DNA of 32,000 bases from Candidatus Omnitrophota bacterium (GTDB taxonomy: Bacteria; Omnitrophota; Gorgyraeia; Duberdicusellales; 4484-171), in contig JAIPHU010000003.1 of NCBI GenBank assembly GCA_021735045.1, positions 42,476 through 74,475 of the forward strand. Reading direction: 5' to 3'. The notes beneath the pieces are model-generated. The model was not told the DNA's origin. It worked only from the letters and a program-made list of their open reading frames with translations, and did not search any database. Within the stretch, counting starts at the first letter, position 1. Every line of letters starts with the position of its first letter. This document shows positions 17,091-25,100 of the stretch, piece after piece. The position numbers and the translations under genes were made by a program.

Positions 17091-18536
17091 ATGGAAAAAA
17101 GAACAGTTTTTGCTTTTTTATTGTTGATTGGCTTTTTTTTGGTTTGGTCTCAGTTTGCTCCAAAGAAGGTTCCACAAACGCTTGAAGGACAAGAAGTTGT
17201 AAGCGAAAGCGTGCAAACGACCCCCCAAGAGCCTCAGCCGAAAATATCGGAAGCCGGAGAAAAAAGCCTTCCTGCAGAAGGTGTCGCCCTCAAAGAAATA
17301 AAAATAAATAACTACTATATTACCTATTCTCCTCAGGGTGGATATATTCAGTCCATTGCTTTAAATAAACCAACTAATATTCTTCCTTTTCAGAACTTAG
17401 GGTACCAATCAGCGAAAAAGGACATAAACTATAAAGTTAATGTTGGGCAAGACAGCATTTCTTTTGTTGAGGGCAGTTCCCCTCCCAAAAAATATGTTTT
17501 TAGTGAGGATACCATAAAGATAGAAAATGTTGCCGGCTCCCCCATTTTATTGTTTTCATTTTCTTTAAATTCAGGAACTTCACATATAAGTAAAAGGTAT
17601 TTTGAATCATTTTATAGTAAAGATAAATCTATCCAAAGAACCCATCCTAAAAAAGTTAAACAAGAAGTTGAAAAAAGAGTAGAATTTGCCGGGGCTAGGA
17701 GTAGGTATTATGCAATTAGTTTATTACCCGATCTTTATAATATTGAATGGAGCAAAACTAAAGAAAGAACAAATCTTTACCTAAATAATCCTTCCTCCAC
17801 CATATTGCTTTATCTTGGGCCGCAAATTACCGACAATATGGAAACATATGGGTTGGCGGGTATAGTTTATTATGGGTTTTGGCATTTTTTGGCGGTAGCA
17901 ATTATAAAAATACTATATTTTTTCTATAGTTTTCTGCATAATTGGGGGCTTAGTATAATCTTTCTTTCTTTTTCTACTTATGCTGTGCTGTTTCCTTTTA
18001 CTTCAAAAAGTACCAAAGCAATGAAAAAGATGCAAGAGATTCAGCCCTTAATGCAAGAGTTAAAAGAAAAACATAAAGATAATCCTCAAAAGATGCAAAA
18101 AGAGACTGTTGAGCTTTATAAAAAGCATAAAGTAAACCCTTTGGGCGGGTGTCTTCCTCTTTTGTTTCAATTCCCGATAATTATTGCTTTTTATCAAGTA
18201 GTCTTTAGGTTTAGCCGGCTTCAAGGAGCTTCTTTTCTTTGGATTCAGGATCTATCCTTGCCGGATCGGTTGTTCCATTTGCCTTTTACGATTCCTGTTG
18301 TAGGTGTTGAATATTTTAATCTTCTTCCTATTCTAGTAATGATTTTAGGAATTGTTCAACAACACATAACAGCTTCTTCGTCAAATCCTCAACAAAAAAA
18401 GATAGGTTTATTTATGGGAGTATTTATTGGAATAATATTTTATAAGTTTCCTTCTGCATTAGTTTTGTATTGGTTTGTGCAAAATCTACTCACTCTTATC
18501 TACCAAGTCCGTTTGAAAAAAGCCCGCACCACCTAA
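17091..18536 (+). CDS. yidC: membrane protein insertase YidC
   Basis: 481-aa ORF with an N-terminal TM helix, a periplasmic domain and the 60-kDa insertase core (...KMQEIQPLMQELKEKHKDNPQKMQKETVELYKKHKVNPLGGCLP...). Confidence 0.9.
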   Translation: MEKRTVFAFLLLIGFFLVWSQFAPKKVPQTLEGQEVVSESVQTTPQEPQPKISEAGEKSLPAEGVALKEIKINNYYITYSPQGGYIQSIALNKPTNILPFQNLGYQSAKKDINYKVNVGQDSISFVEGSSPPKKYVFSEDTIKIENVAGSPILLFSFSLNSGTSHISKRYFESFYSKDKSIQRTHPKKVKQEVEKRVEFAGARSRYYAISLLPDLYNIEWSKTKERTNLYLNNPSSTILLYLGPQITDNMETYGLAGIVYYGFWHFLAVAIIKILYFFYSFLHNWGLSIIFLSFSTYAVLFPFTSKSTKAMKKMQEIQPLMQELKEKHKDNPQKMQKETVELYKKHKVNPLGGCLPLLFQFPIIIAFYQVVFRFSRLQGASFLWIQDLSLPDRLFHLPFTIPVVGVEYFNLLPILVMILGIVQQHITASSSNPQQKKIGLFMGVFIGIIFYKFPSALVLYWFVQNLLTLIYQVRLKKARTT

Positions 18537-18584
18537 AAAAGATCACTTAAAATCAAAAAACGCTTATTTGGCAAGAGGTATTTA

Positions 18585-18602
18585 CGTTTTCACGTGAAAA
18601 CG
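18585..18602. promoter_or_regulatory. parS-like site 1 (perfect 18-bp palindrome CGTTTTCACGTGAAAACG)
   Basis: The central 12 nt TTTCACGTGAAA are identical to the canonical parS TGTTTCACGTGAAACA. Lies upstream of parAB. Confidence 0.65.
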
Positions 18603-18714
18603 CTGCAACCCCTTGATTCTATTAACATTTTCTATTTTTACGTGTATCTTTCCAGCTATTAAAGAGGGCTGAAAGATCCATGTGGGAACCTCTACACAAC
18701 TAGAAAGAAGGAGG

Positions 18715-18730
18715 CGTTTTCACGTGAAAA
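18715..18730. promoter_or_regulatory. parS-like site 2 (CGTTTTCACGTGAAAA)
   Basis: Same core, TTTCACGTGAAA. Confidence 0.6.
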
Positions 18731-18796
18731 TTTTCTTGCTTCTAGATATATGAAAATTTCCACGTGGATATTCTCCTTTTCTTTAGGTGGTGGAGA

Positions 18797-18813
18797 ATAT
18801 ACACGTGAAAACG
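18797..18813. promoter_or_regulatory. parS-like half-conserved site 3 (ATATACACGTGAAAACG)
   Basis: The right half is identical to site 1 and the left half is degenerate. It is part of a 37-bp repeat (18591-18627 vs 18802-18838). Confidence 0.45.
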
Positions 18814-18956
18814 CTAGAACCCCTTGATTTTATTAACAATTCTCATTTTGGTTGTTATTTTTTTTGAGTAATTAAATAAAAATGGTTGCAATTCTCATCA
18901 AATAGTATTAAAATAAAGAAAATTGAAATATTTATATATTATTGATAACAAAAGAT

Positions 18957-19748
18957 ATGGGTAAAATAATTGGTATTTGTAATCAAAAAGGTGGGACCGG
19001 CAAAACAACAACTGCCATTAACTTTAGTTCTTTTTTAGGGCTGGCAGGGGAAAAGACTCTTCTTGTGGACATGGATCCCCAGGGCAATGCTTCTTCTGGA
19101 GTTGGCATAGATCCTCAAGGTAAAAAATCAGCTTATGAGGTAATTTCAGGAGATGCCCAGGTAGAGGAAGCTATTTATTCTACAGATTGGCCTAATTTAT
19201 CTGTTATGCCCTCAGATATATCTCTTACTGGTGGAGAAGTTGAGTTGGTTTCTTTGAACCAGCGGGAACTACTGCTGCGGCAAAGTCTTGAGAAGATTAA
19301 AGACGAGTATTCCTATATAGTTATTGACGCCCCTCCTTCTTTAGGAGTACTTACTGTTAATGTGTTGTCTGCCGCTGACAGTTTAATTATACCAGTTCAA
19401 TGTGAGTATTATGCACTAGAAGGAGTTTCGAAATTGATCGGCACGATTGAGTTAATAAAAGAAAGGCTTAATCCAGGCTTAGAAATTGAAGGGGTTTTGT
19501 TGACTATGGCAGATTTTCGAACCCGGCTTACTTTACAAGTAATAGAAGAAGTAAGAAACTATTTTAAAAATAAAGCTTTTAGCATTATTGTTCCCAGAAA
19601 CGTGAAGTTAGCTGAAGCTCCTAGTTTTGGCAAACCTATCTATTTTTATGAATCCGGTTGTGTGGGGGCGAAAGCTTACTTAGAGTTGACTAATGAAGTT
19701 GTAGGGCAAGTTCAAGAAATAAATAACTTTGTTAAGCAGAGAGGTTGA
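18957..19748 (+). CDS. parA: chromosome partitioning ATPase ParA/Soj
   Basis: Deviant Walker A NQKGGTGKTT. I prefer the ATG at 18957 (MGKIIGICNQKGG) over the track's TTG at 18942. Confidence 0.9.
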   Translation: MGKIIGICNQKGGTGKTTTAINFSSFLGLAGEKTLLVDMDPQGNASSGVGIDPQGKKSAYEVISGDAQVEEAIYSTDWPNLSVMPSDISLTGGEVELVSLNQRELLLRQSLEKIKDEYSYIVIDAPPSLGVLTVNVLSAADSLIIPVQCEYYALEGVSKLIGTIELIKERLNPGLEIEGVLLTMADFRTRLTLQVIEEVRNYFKNKAFSIIVPRNVKLAEAPSFGKPIYFYESGCVGAKAYLELTNEVVGQVQEINNFVKQRG

Positions 19749-19750
19749 TT

Positions 19751-20572
19751 ATGGGTAAAAAAGTATTAGGAAAAGGATTAGACGCTCTTATTCCCAAAAA
19801 GAAAAATTCTGGGGGGGACCAATTTGTTTATCTTCCCGTGGAACAAGTCGAGCCTAATAAATTTCAGCCGCGTAAAGGCATGAACCAGAAGGACTTAGCT
19901 GAACTAACCCAATCAGTTAAAGAAAAAGGTTTTATTCAGCCAATATTAGCGCGGGATATTAAGGGAGGAAAGTATGAAGTTGTGGCTGGAGGAAGAAGGT
20001 TAGAAGCCGCTAAGTTGTTGGGCATCAAGGAGATACCCGCAGTAGTCAGAGACCTAGACAATAAAGATTCCTTTATCGCCGCAATAGTCGAAAATCTACA
20101 AAGAAAAAATCTTAATCCAATTGAAGAAGCCCAAGCTCTTACCCGCCTTAGGGATGAGTTTAATTTTTCTTTAGATGAAATTGCCAAATTTATCAGTAAA
20201 GACAAGACAACAGTGGTAAATACAATTCGTTTGCTTAAACTTCCAAAAAAGATTAAATCGGCTTTAGAAGAGAATCTTATTAACCGGAGCCAGGCCAGGA
20301 CAATACTTTCTTTTAAAAGCAAGATTCAGCAAGAAAAAATATTTTATAAGATTCTTCACAAAGGGCTTACAGTAAGAGATGTGGAGAAACAAGCTGTCAG
20401 GAAAAACAAAAAAACAAAAGTTGATCCTTTTGTTGAAGAAGCTGAGCAGCAGTTACAAAAAAGCCTTGGGACAAAGGTAAGAATCATTAGTTCAAAAAAT
20501 AAAAAAGGCAAGATTATTCTTCATTATTATAATTTAAATGATTTTGAAAGAATCATAAAAAGAATTAGCTAA
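19751..20572 (+). CDS. parB: chromosome partitioning protein ParB/Spo0J
   Basis: LGKGLDALI, QPRK, the GGRRLEAAKLLG box and an HTH region. ATG at 19751 is preceded by GAGAGG. Confidence 0.9.
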   Translation: MGKKVLGKGLDALIPKKKNSGGDQFVYLPVEQVEPNKFQPRKGMNQKDLAELTQSVKEKGFIQPILARDIKGGKYEVVAGGRRLEAAKLLGIKEIPAVVRDLDNKDSFIAAIVENLQRKNLNPIEEAQALTRLRDEFNFSLDEIAKFISKDKTTVVNTIRLLKLPKKIKSALEENLINRSQARTILSFKSKIQQEKIFYKILHKGLTVRDVEKQAVRKNKKTKVDPFVEEAEQQLQKSLGTKVRIISSKNKKGKIILHYYNLNDFERIIKRIS

Positions 20573-20598
20573 AAACAATAAGGCACAGAGGGGGAATT

Positions 20599-21105
20599 AT
20601 GGACCAAGAGGCAACTTTAGTAATTATAAAACCAGATGGTTTAAAAAAGTCTTTAACCGGAAATATATTGACGCGGCTTTCGGAAGCAAAGCTAAAAATT
20701 ATTGGGGCAAAAGTTGTAAAAGTTGGCAATGACTTAGCTAATACCCATTATCGACACCTAAAAGATAAACCATTTTTTAAAGAACTAATTAAATATATCA
20801 GTGGCAAGCTGCACGGAGAAAACAGGGTTATGCCTTTGGTTTATTGGGGGCAGGCAGCAATTGGAAAAGTCCGCCGTATTGCTGGAGCTACAAATCCGGA
20901 GGAAGCCGATCCGATTTCAATAAGAGGGGCTTACGGAAGGATACTTACCACCGGCCTTTATGAAAATGTAGTTCATGCATCAAGCGATCCCGACGAAGCT
21001 GAACGCGAGATCAAGCTTTGGTTTAACCCGGAGGAGATAGTTTATGATCTGTATCCTGCTAAAGAAGAAAAAAGCAACAATCAAAACCGGAGAGTTTGGC
21101 AATGA
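20599..21105 (+). CDS. ndk: nucleoside-diphosphate kinase
   Basis: 168-aa ORF with LVIIKPDG, TNP..A.P.SIRG and NVVHASSD (catalytic His). Confidence 0.88.
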   Translation: MDQEATLVIIKPDGLKKSLTGNILTRLSEAKLKIIGAKVVKVGNDLANTHYRHLKDKPFFKELIKYISGKLHGENRVMPLVYWGQAAIGKVRRIAGATNPEEADPISIRGAYGRILTTGLYENVVHASSDPDEAEREIKLWFNPEEIVYDLYPAKEEKSNNQNRRVWQ

Positions 21106-21884
21106 GGTCAATGACAGCTTATTCTGAAGCCCAAGAAAAAACGAAGAATACAAAAACAAAAATTATTCTAAGATCCCTAAATTATAAATATCTTGATATT
21201 TCTGTTTACAATCTTCCTCAGCAACTTTTGGTTCTAGAAGAAAAAATAAAAGAACAAATAAAAAGAAGTATAACCAGAGGAAAAGTCGAAGTTTATTTTT
21301 ATCAAAGCAGTAAAAGCAAAGAAAGATTTTCTATAAATAAGGAAAAGTTCAGTAATTATGTAAAACAAATTAAATCTTTAGCTAAGCAATTTGACTTAGA
21401 AAAAAAGTTATCCCCGTTAGAGATATTAAACTTACCGGGCGTAGTTTCTGGTGGGAAAAAGGGAAATATTTCAAAGACGCAACTATCGTCGGCAGTTAAA
21501 AAATCTTTGAATAAATTGATTAGCTTTAAAAAAGAAAAAGGTAAAGTAATAGAAAAGGAAATAGCTAAAAATCTTTCTTTGCTTGAGAGCAATATTACTA
21601 AAATTGGGAAAACTAAAAGAAGGCCCTCAAAAGAAACAGATGGAAAAGAGGATATAGACGAAGAACTTTCTTTGATTGGATTTTATTCTCAAAAGGTAAA
21701 AAAGATAATAGCTAAGAAAAAGCAAATACGTAAAGGTAAGGCAATTGATTTTTTGACCCAAGAAATTTTGCGGGAATTAAACGCAGCGTCTAGTAAAACT
21801 AGACAGAAAAAAATAGCAACTTTAATAGTAGAGGCGAAAAATTATTTAGGCCGTATTCGTGAACAAGCACAAAATATAGAATGA
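21102..21884 (+). CDS. yicC: YicC-family stress-induced protein
   Basis: MRSMTAY N-terminus and C-terminal DFLTQEILRELNAASSK. The ATG at 21102 overlaps the ndk stop (ATGA). Confidence 0.75.
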   Translation: MRSMTAYSEAQEKTKNTKTKIILRSLNYKYLDISVYNLPQQLLVLEEKIKEQIKRSITRGKVEVYFYQSSKSKERFSINKEKFSNYVKQIKSLAKQFDLEKKLSPLEILNLPGVVSGGKKGNISKTQLSSAVKKSLNKLISFKKEKGKVIEKEIAKNLSLLESNITKIGKTKRRPSKETDGKEDIDEELSLIGFYSQKVKKIIAKKKQIRKGKAIDFLTQEILRELNAASSKTRQKKIATLIVEAKNYLGRIREQAQNIE

Positions 21885-22450
21885 AAAAACCAAAAATTTT
21901 TATTTTATCTGGACCCGGTGGGGTAGGCAAAACCACGTTAGTTAAACACCTTTTCCGTAAAAAGGCAATAAAAAATGTTTTGCTAAAATCTATAACCGTT
22001 ACAACTAGGGACAAAAGGCCCCAAGAAAGAGACGGTAAAGACTATTTTTTTGTAAGCAAAGAAGAGTTCTTGTACCTAAAAAAAAGAAAGTTTTTTTTAG
22101 AAAACGAAAAAGTATTAGATAATTATTATGGGACACCTAAGCTTTATCTAAAAATGGCTAAAGTTAAAAATAAAGACCTTCTTTTATGTATAGACGTTAA
22201 AGGAGGAATGGTTTTAAAAAAGCGGTATAAAAGTAGAGCAACTAGTATCTTTATCAGTGTTGCTAAAAAACGGGAGTTATATAATCGAATGAAAAAAAGG
22301 GAAGAAACAAAAGATGTTATTGATAAAAGAATTAAACTTGCAAAAAAAGAGTTGCAATTTTCTAAAAAATATGATTATTTAATACAAAACAAAAATATAA
22401 ATACAACAGCTAGAAAAATAAAAGATGTGATATTAAAGCATCAGAAATAA
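21881..22450 (+). CDS. gmk: guanylate kinase
   Basis: P-loop SGPGGVGKTT, TTR..R..E..G.DYFF. Canonical yicC-gmk-rpoZ order. Confidence 0.85.
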   Translation: MKKPKIFILSGPGGVGKTTLVKHLFRKKAIKNVLLKSITVTTRDKRPQERDGKDYFFVSKEEFLYLKKRKFFLENEKVLDNYYGTPKLYLKMAKVKNKDLLLCIDVKGGMVLKKRYKSRATSIFISVAKKRELYNRMKKREETKDVIDKRIKLAKKELQFSKKYDYLIQNKNINTTARKIKDVILKHQK

Positions 22451-22467
22451 AATTAAGAGGAGGCAAG

Positions 22468-22767
22468 ATGTCCGGAGATTATATACCGAGAGAAAAATTA
22501 TTGGGAGCCACAAGAGGATCTATTTATAAATTAGCGGTTTTAGCTGCAAAACGAGCCATGATACTTGCAGGGGGAGAGAAGCCTTTAGTTGAGAAAAGAA
22601 CCGAAAAGTTATTAGATATAGCTTTAGAAGAAATCAAAGACAAGAAAATAGAGGAGTTTAAAGGGAAAAAGAAGAAAGAAACAAAAACAGCTAAAACTGA
22701 TAAAAAACCAAAAGAAGAAAAAGAAGATACAAAAAAAGCCAAAAAAGAAGGATCTTCTAAAAAGTAA
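22468..22767 (+). CDS. rpoZ: DNA-directed RNA polymerase subunit omega with Lys-rich C-terminal tail
   Basis: ...SIYKLAVLAAKRAMIL... is the omega core. Follows gmk. RBS GAGGAGG upstream. Confidence 0.75.
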   Translation: MSGDYIPREKLLGATRGSIYKLAVLAAKRAMILAGGEKPLVEKRTEKLLDIALEEIKDKKIEEFKGKKKKETKTAKTDKKPKEEKEDTKKAKKEGSSKK

Positions 22768-22778
22768 TGAGTCAAATC

Positions 22779-22850
22779 GGCGCGGTAGCCAAGTGGCAAG
22801 GCGGTGGTTTGCAAAACCATTATTCACCGGTTCAAATCCGGTCCGCGCCT
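22779..22850 (+). tRNA. tRNA-Cys (anticodon GCA)
   Basis: Acceptor GGCGCGG/CCGCGCC, anticodon stem GTGGT/ACCAT with loop TTGCAAA, T arm ACCGG-TTCAAAT-CCGGT, discriminator T. Confidence 0.88.
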
Positions 22851-22871
22851 TTGTTGGTTCATAGTTCTTTC

Positions 22872-22901
22872 TGCATAGCGCAAAGCGCTTAGCGCTATGC
22901 A
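22872..22901 (+). terminator. 30-nt near-perfect palindrome TGCATAGCGC-A-AAGCGCTT-A-GCGCTATGCA after tRNA-Cys
   Basis: Read directly. It shares its 5' arm TGCATAGCGC with the hairpin at 23167-23189. Confidence 0.4.
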
Positions 22902-22930
22902 CTATGCTCTAAGTTAATAGGTCAAAAGTA

Positions 22931-23087
22931 AAACTTATTGCCGGGGTGTTGGCAAGAACTTCTTGCCGAAGGCAAGCTAGTTTGCTTATACGTGTACAGT
23001 TCTTCCCAAAGATTTTGGAGATAAAACAAAACTATTGCTAATTTGAAAACTAATAAATTAAGGATAAACTTATTGCCGGGGTGTTGG
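22931..23087 (+). repeat. 22-bp perfect direct repeat (22931-22952 = 23066-23087; 9 nt of leader plus first 13 nt of tRNA-Leu) bracketing a 113-bp structured insert (22953-23065)
   Basis: AAACTTATTGCCGGGGTGTTGG occurs twice, 135 bp apart. The insert folds into the stem 22949-22960/22998-23009 with one C:C mismatch and the hairpin CTTGCC-GAA-GGCAAG (22962-22976). Confidence 0.85.
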
Positions 23088-23160
23088 AATTGGCAGACAA
23101 CTCGGACTTAAAATCCGGTGTTCCGAAAGGGACGTGCGGGTTCAAGTCCCGCCCCCGGCA
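23075..23160 (+). tRNA. tRNA-Leu (anticodon UAA), class II with long variable arm
   Basis: Acceptor GCCGGGG/CCCCGGC, anticodon loop CTTAAAA, variable arm GTTCCGAAAGGGAC, T arm GCGGG-TTCAAGT-CCCGC, discriminator A. Confidence 0.9.
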
Positions 23161-23166
23161 TATTTT

Positions 23167-23189
23167 TGCATAGCGCTAGGCGCTAAGCA
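23167..23189 (+). terminator. hairpin TGCATAGCGC-tag-GCGCTAAGCA after tRNA-Leu, with a T-run 7 nt downstream
   Basis: Read directly. Confidence 0.4.
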
Positions 23190-23201
23190 CTGAGTGTTTT
23201 T

Positions 23202-23275
23202 GGGCGCATAGCTCAGTTGGTTAGAGTGCTACGTTGACATCGTAGAGGTCAGAGGTTCGAATCCTCTTGCGCCCA
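23202..23275 (+). tRNA. tRNA-Val (anticodon GAC)
   Basis: Acceptor GGGCGCA/TGCGCCC, anticodon stem CTACG/CGTAG with loop TTGACAT, T arm AGAGG-TTCGAAT-CCTCT. Confidence 0.9.
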
Positions 23276-23377
23276 TATTAATAAGGTTAAAAGTTATAAT
23301 TGACTTTTTTTTATAATTATATAAAATTAATACCTAATTAAACCATTAGCTATAAGCAAGATGCTAGTAGTTAAATC

Positions 23378-23453
23378 GGGGCCGTCGATTAGCATGGCTT
23401 AAGTCCCCTGACTGTCGATCAGGTGATCGTGGGTTCGAATCCCATCGGCCCCG
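23378..23453 (+). tRNA. tRNA-Asp (anticodon GUC)
   Basis: Acceptor GGGGCCG/CGGCCCC, anticodon stem CCTGA/TCAGG with loop CTGTCGA, T arm GTGGG-TTCGAAT-CCCAT, discriminator G. Confidence 0.88.
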
Positions 23454-23476
23454 TAAATTTATTTGTGGTTAAAATC

Positions 23477-24364
23477 ATGTTAAGAAAAGGTCTTTATTTT
23501 TTTCTCCTCATAGCGGTAATTATAATTTTTTTCGTTGTTTATCAAATCTTGCCTCCTTCCTTTGATAATATTCTTTATTCTTTATCGGGTATTTTTATTA
23601 TTGGAATGTTTTTAACTTATTTTTTAAAACGCAGAAGCAGGATTGTAGTTAATGCTCAAGACATAAAATCTCATTTAAATCTTCCTTTTTTAGGCTATAT
23701 TCCTTATGTAAAAGGTAAGGATAAATGCCAAACTATATTTGAGCTAAGGAATAAAAAGAAAGAATTAAAAAGTTCTTTTGTAAAATTTAAAGAAACCCTT
23801 TCTGTATTTTCGCCGGAAAATAAACCCTTTAAAGTTTTAGGGGTCACTAGTGCATCTTCTCGAGAAGGAAAAAGTTTTTATTCAGTTAATCTAGCGGCTT
23901 CTTATGCAGAAGATAAAAAAGACACTCTTCTTATCAATGCTAACTTAAGACAAGAGTTTTTGAGTTTTTTTTCGAAAACAAAAACACATAAGGGGTTAAG
24001 CGATGTTTTATCTGGGCAATCTTCTTTTCAGGAAGCAATAGTTTCTATTGATTTGGATCATCTTTTTTTTATGCCTCGAGGGGCACTTTCTCCTGAACCT
24101 CAACAGCTGCTTAAATCAGAAAATTTTAATAATTTAATCAAAGAAGCTAAGAAAAAATTCGAAAAAATAATTATAAATCTTCCTCCGGTTTTAACTTGTT
24201 CTGATATTTCTTTTATAGAAGATAAATGTGAGGGGATAATTTTAGTTGTTTTAGGCAAAGAATCCAAATTAAGTTTATTGCTAAAAAGCAAAAAGATTTT
24301 AAATAAAAATACAAAAATTATTGGAGCTGCTTTAAACAAAAACATTCCCGCTAAAAGCAGTTAG
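23477..24364 (+). CDS. membrane-anchored BY-kinase (CpsD/CapB/Wzc C-terminal domain)-like P-loop protein with degenerate Walker A' and B
   Basis: Two N-terminal TM helices, then VLGVTSASSREGKSF (Walker A), LLINANLRQ (normally LLIDxDLR) and IIINLPPV (normally IIDTPPV). No C-terminal Tyr cluster. Start moved to the ATG at 23477 because the track start lies inside tRNA-Asp. Confidence 0.7.
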   Translation: MLRKGLYFFLLIAVIIIFFVVYQILPPSFDNILYSLSGIFIIGMFLTYFLKRRSRIVVNAQDIKSHLNLPFLGYIPYVKGKDKCQTIFELRNKKKELKSSFVKFKETLSVFSPENKPFKVLGVTSASSREGKSFYSVNLAASYAEDKKDTLLINANLRQEFLSFFSKTKTHKGLSDVLSGQSSFQEAIVSIDLDHLFFMPRGALSPEPQQLLKSENFNNLIKEAKKKFEKIIINLPPVLTCSDISFIEDKCEGIILVVLGKESKLSLLLKSKKILNKNTKIIGAALNKNIPAKSS

Positions 24365-24378
24365 TTATTAGCTGATTC

Positions 24379-24452
24379 GGCGGCGTAGCTCAGTCTGGCA
24401 GAGCAAACGGCTCATACCCGTTATGTCAGTGGTTCAAGTCCACTCGCCGCCA
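24379..24452 (+). tRNA. tRNA with anticodon CAU (elongator Met, or Ile2 if lysidine-modified)
   Basis: Acceptor GGCGGCG/CGCCGCC (paired 1:72, so not an initiator), anticodon stem AACGG/CCGTT with loop CTCATAC, T arm AGTGG-TTCAAGT-CCACT. Confidence 0.85.
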
Positions 24453-24475
24453 TATATGATTGTTTAAGAAAAGTT

Positions 24476-25078
24476 ATGAAAAAAATAGTTACAGTAATAT
24501 TTTTCTTAATAGTTTTTATGCCATCTTTTGTAGGGGGTGTTTTTGCTGAGACCATTGTATTTAATTCAGGGAAGATAATAGAGGCAGATATAATAGAGCT
24601 GACCCGAGACGATATCAAGGTTAATCTTAGAGGTGCTGAGTCTACTTATAGCCTTGATCAAATAAAATCCATAAGTGCAGAAAAAGATTCAACTTTTTCA
24701 AAAAAATATCTAAATAAAAAAAATGATTCTAAAAAAAGCTTAACCAAAAAATCTGATAAAGATTATAAAAAGCTAAAAGATGTAAAAAAAATCCAAGATC
24801 TTTTAGAAAAAAATAGAAATAAATTAAAACAAAAAAGGAAAGAATATATCCAAGCAAAAAAAGAACTTAAAAATATTGCTAGAACCGGCTTTTTTGGGTT
24901 TGGTAGAACCAACGCAGAGACGAAGCGTTTATTAAAAGCAAAAGAAAAAGTGGTTAAATTAAAAAAAGAATATAACAGTATAAAACGAGCTATCAAGGGG
25001 CTTAAAAAAGAACTTAACTTAGCTAGAGAGATAGAAATATTGCAAAAAAAGCAAAAACGAATAAGTAATTCTTTCTAG
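24476..25078 (+). CDS. secreted hypothetical protein with Lys-rich coiled-coil C-terminal half
   Basis: 200-aa ORF with signal-peptide-like MKKIVTVIFFLIVFMPSFVGGVFA, then a small domain and a highly basic K/E-rich region. Confidence 0.5.
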   Translation: MKKIVTVIFFLIVFMPSFVGGVFAETIVFNSGKIIEADIIELTRDDIKVNLRGAESTYSLDQIKSISAEKDSTFSKKYLNKKNDSKKSLTKKSDKDYKKLKDVKKIQDLLEKNRNKLKQKRKEYIQAKKELKNIARTGFFGFGRTNAETKRLLKAKEKVVKLKKEYNSIKRAIKGLKKELNLAREIEILQKKQKRISNSF

Positions 25079-25100
25079 ATAGCATTTCGTCATAATAAAT

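Noticed and set aside
23423-23476. N-terminal extensions proposed by the ORF track (also 5266-5286, 18942-18956, 19745-19750, 21096-21101, 26455-26487, 28168-28179, 31419-31445)
   Set aside because: The extensions start at non-ATG codons. They overlap a tRNA (23423), a repeat element (26455) or the preceding gene, whereas an in-frame ATG with a better SD or an ATGA overlap lies just downstream.
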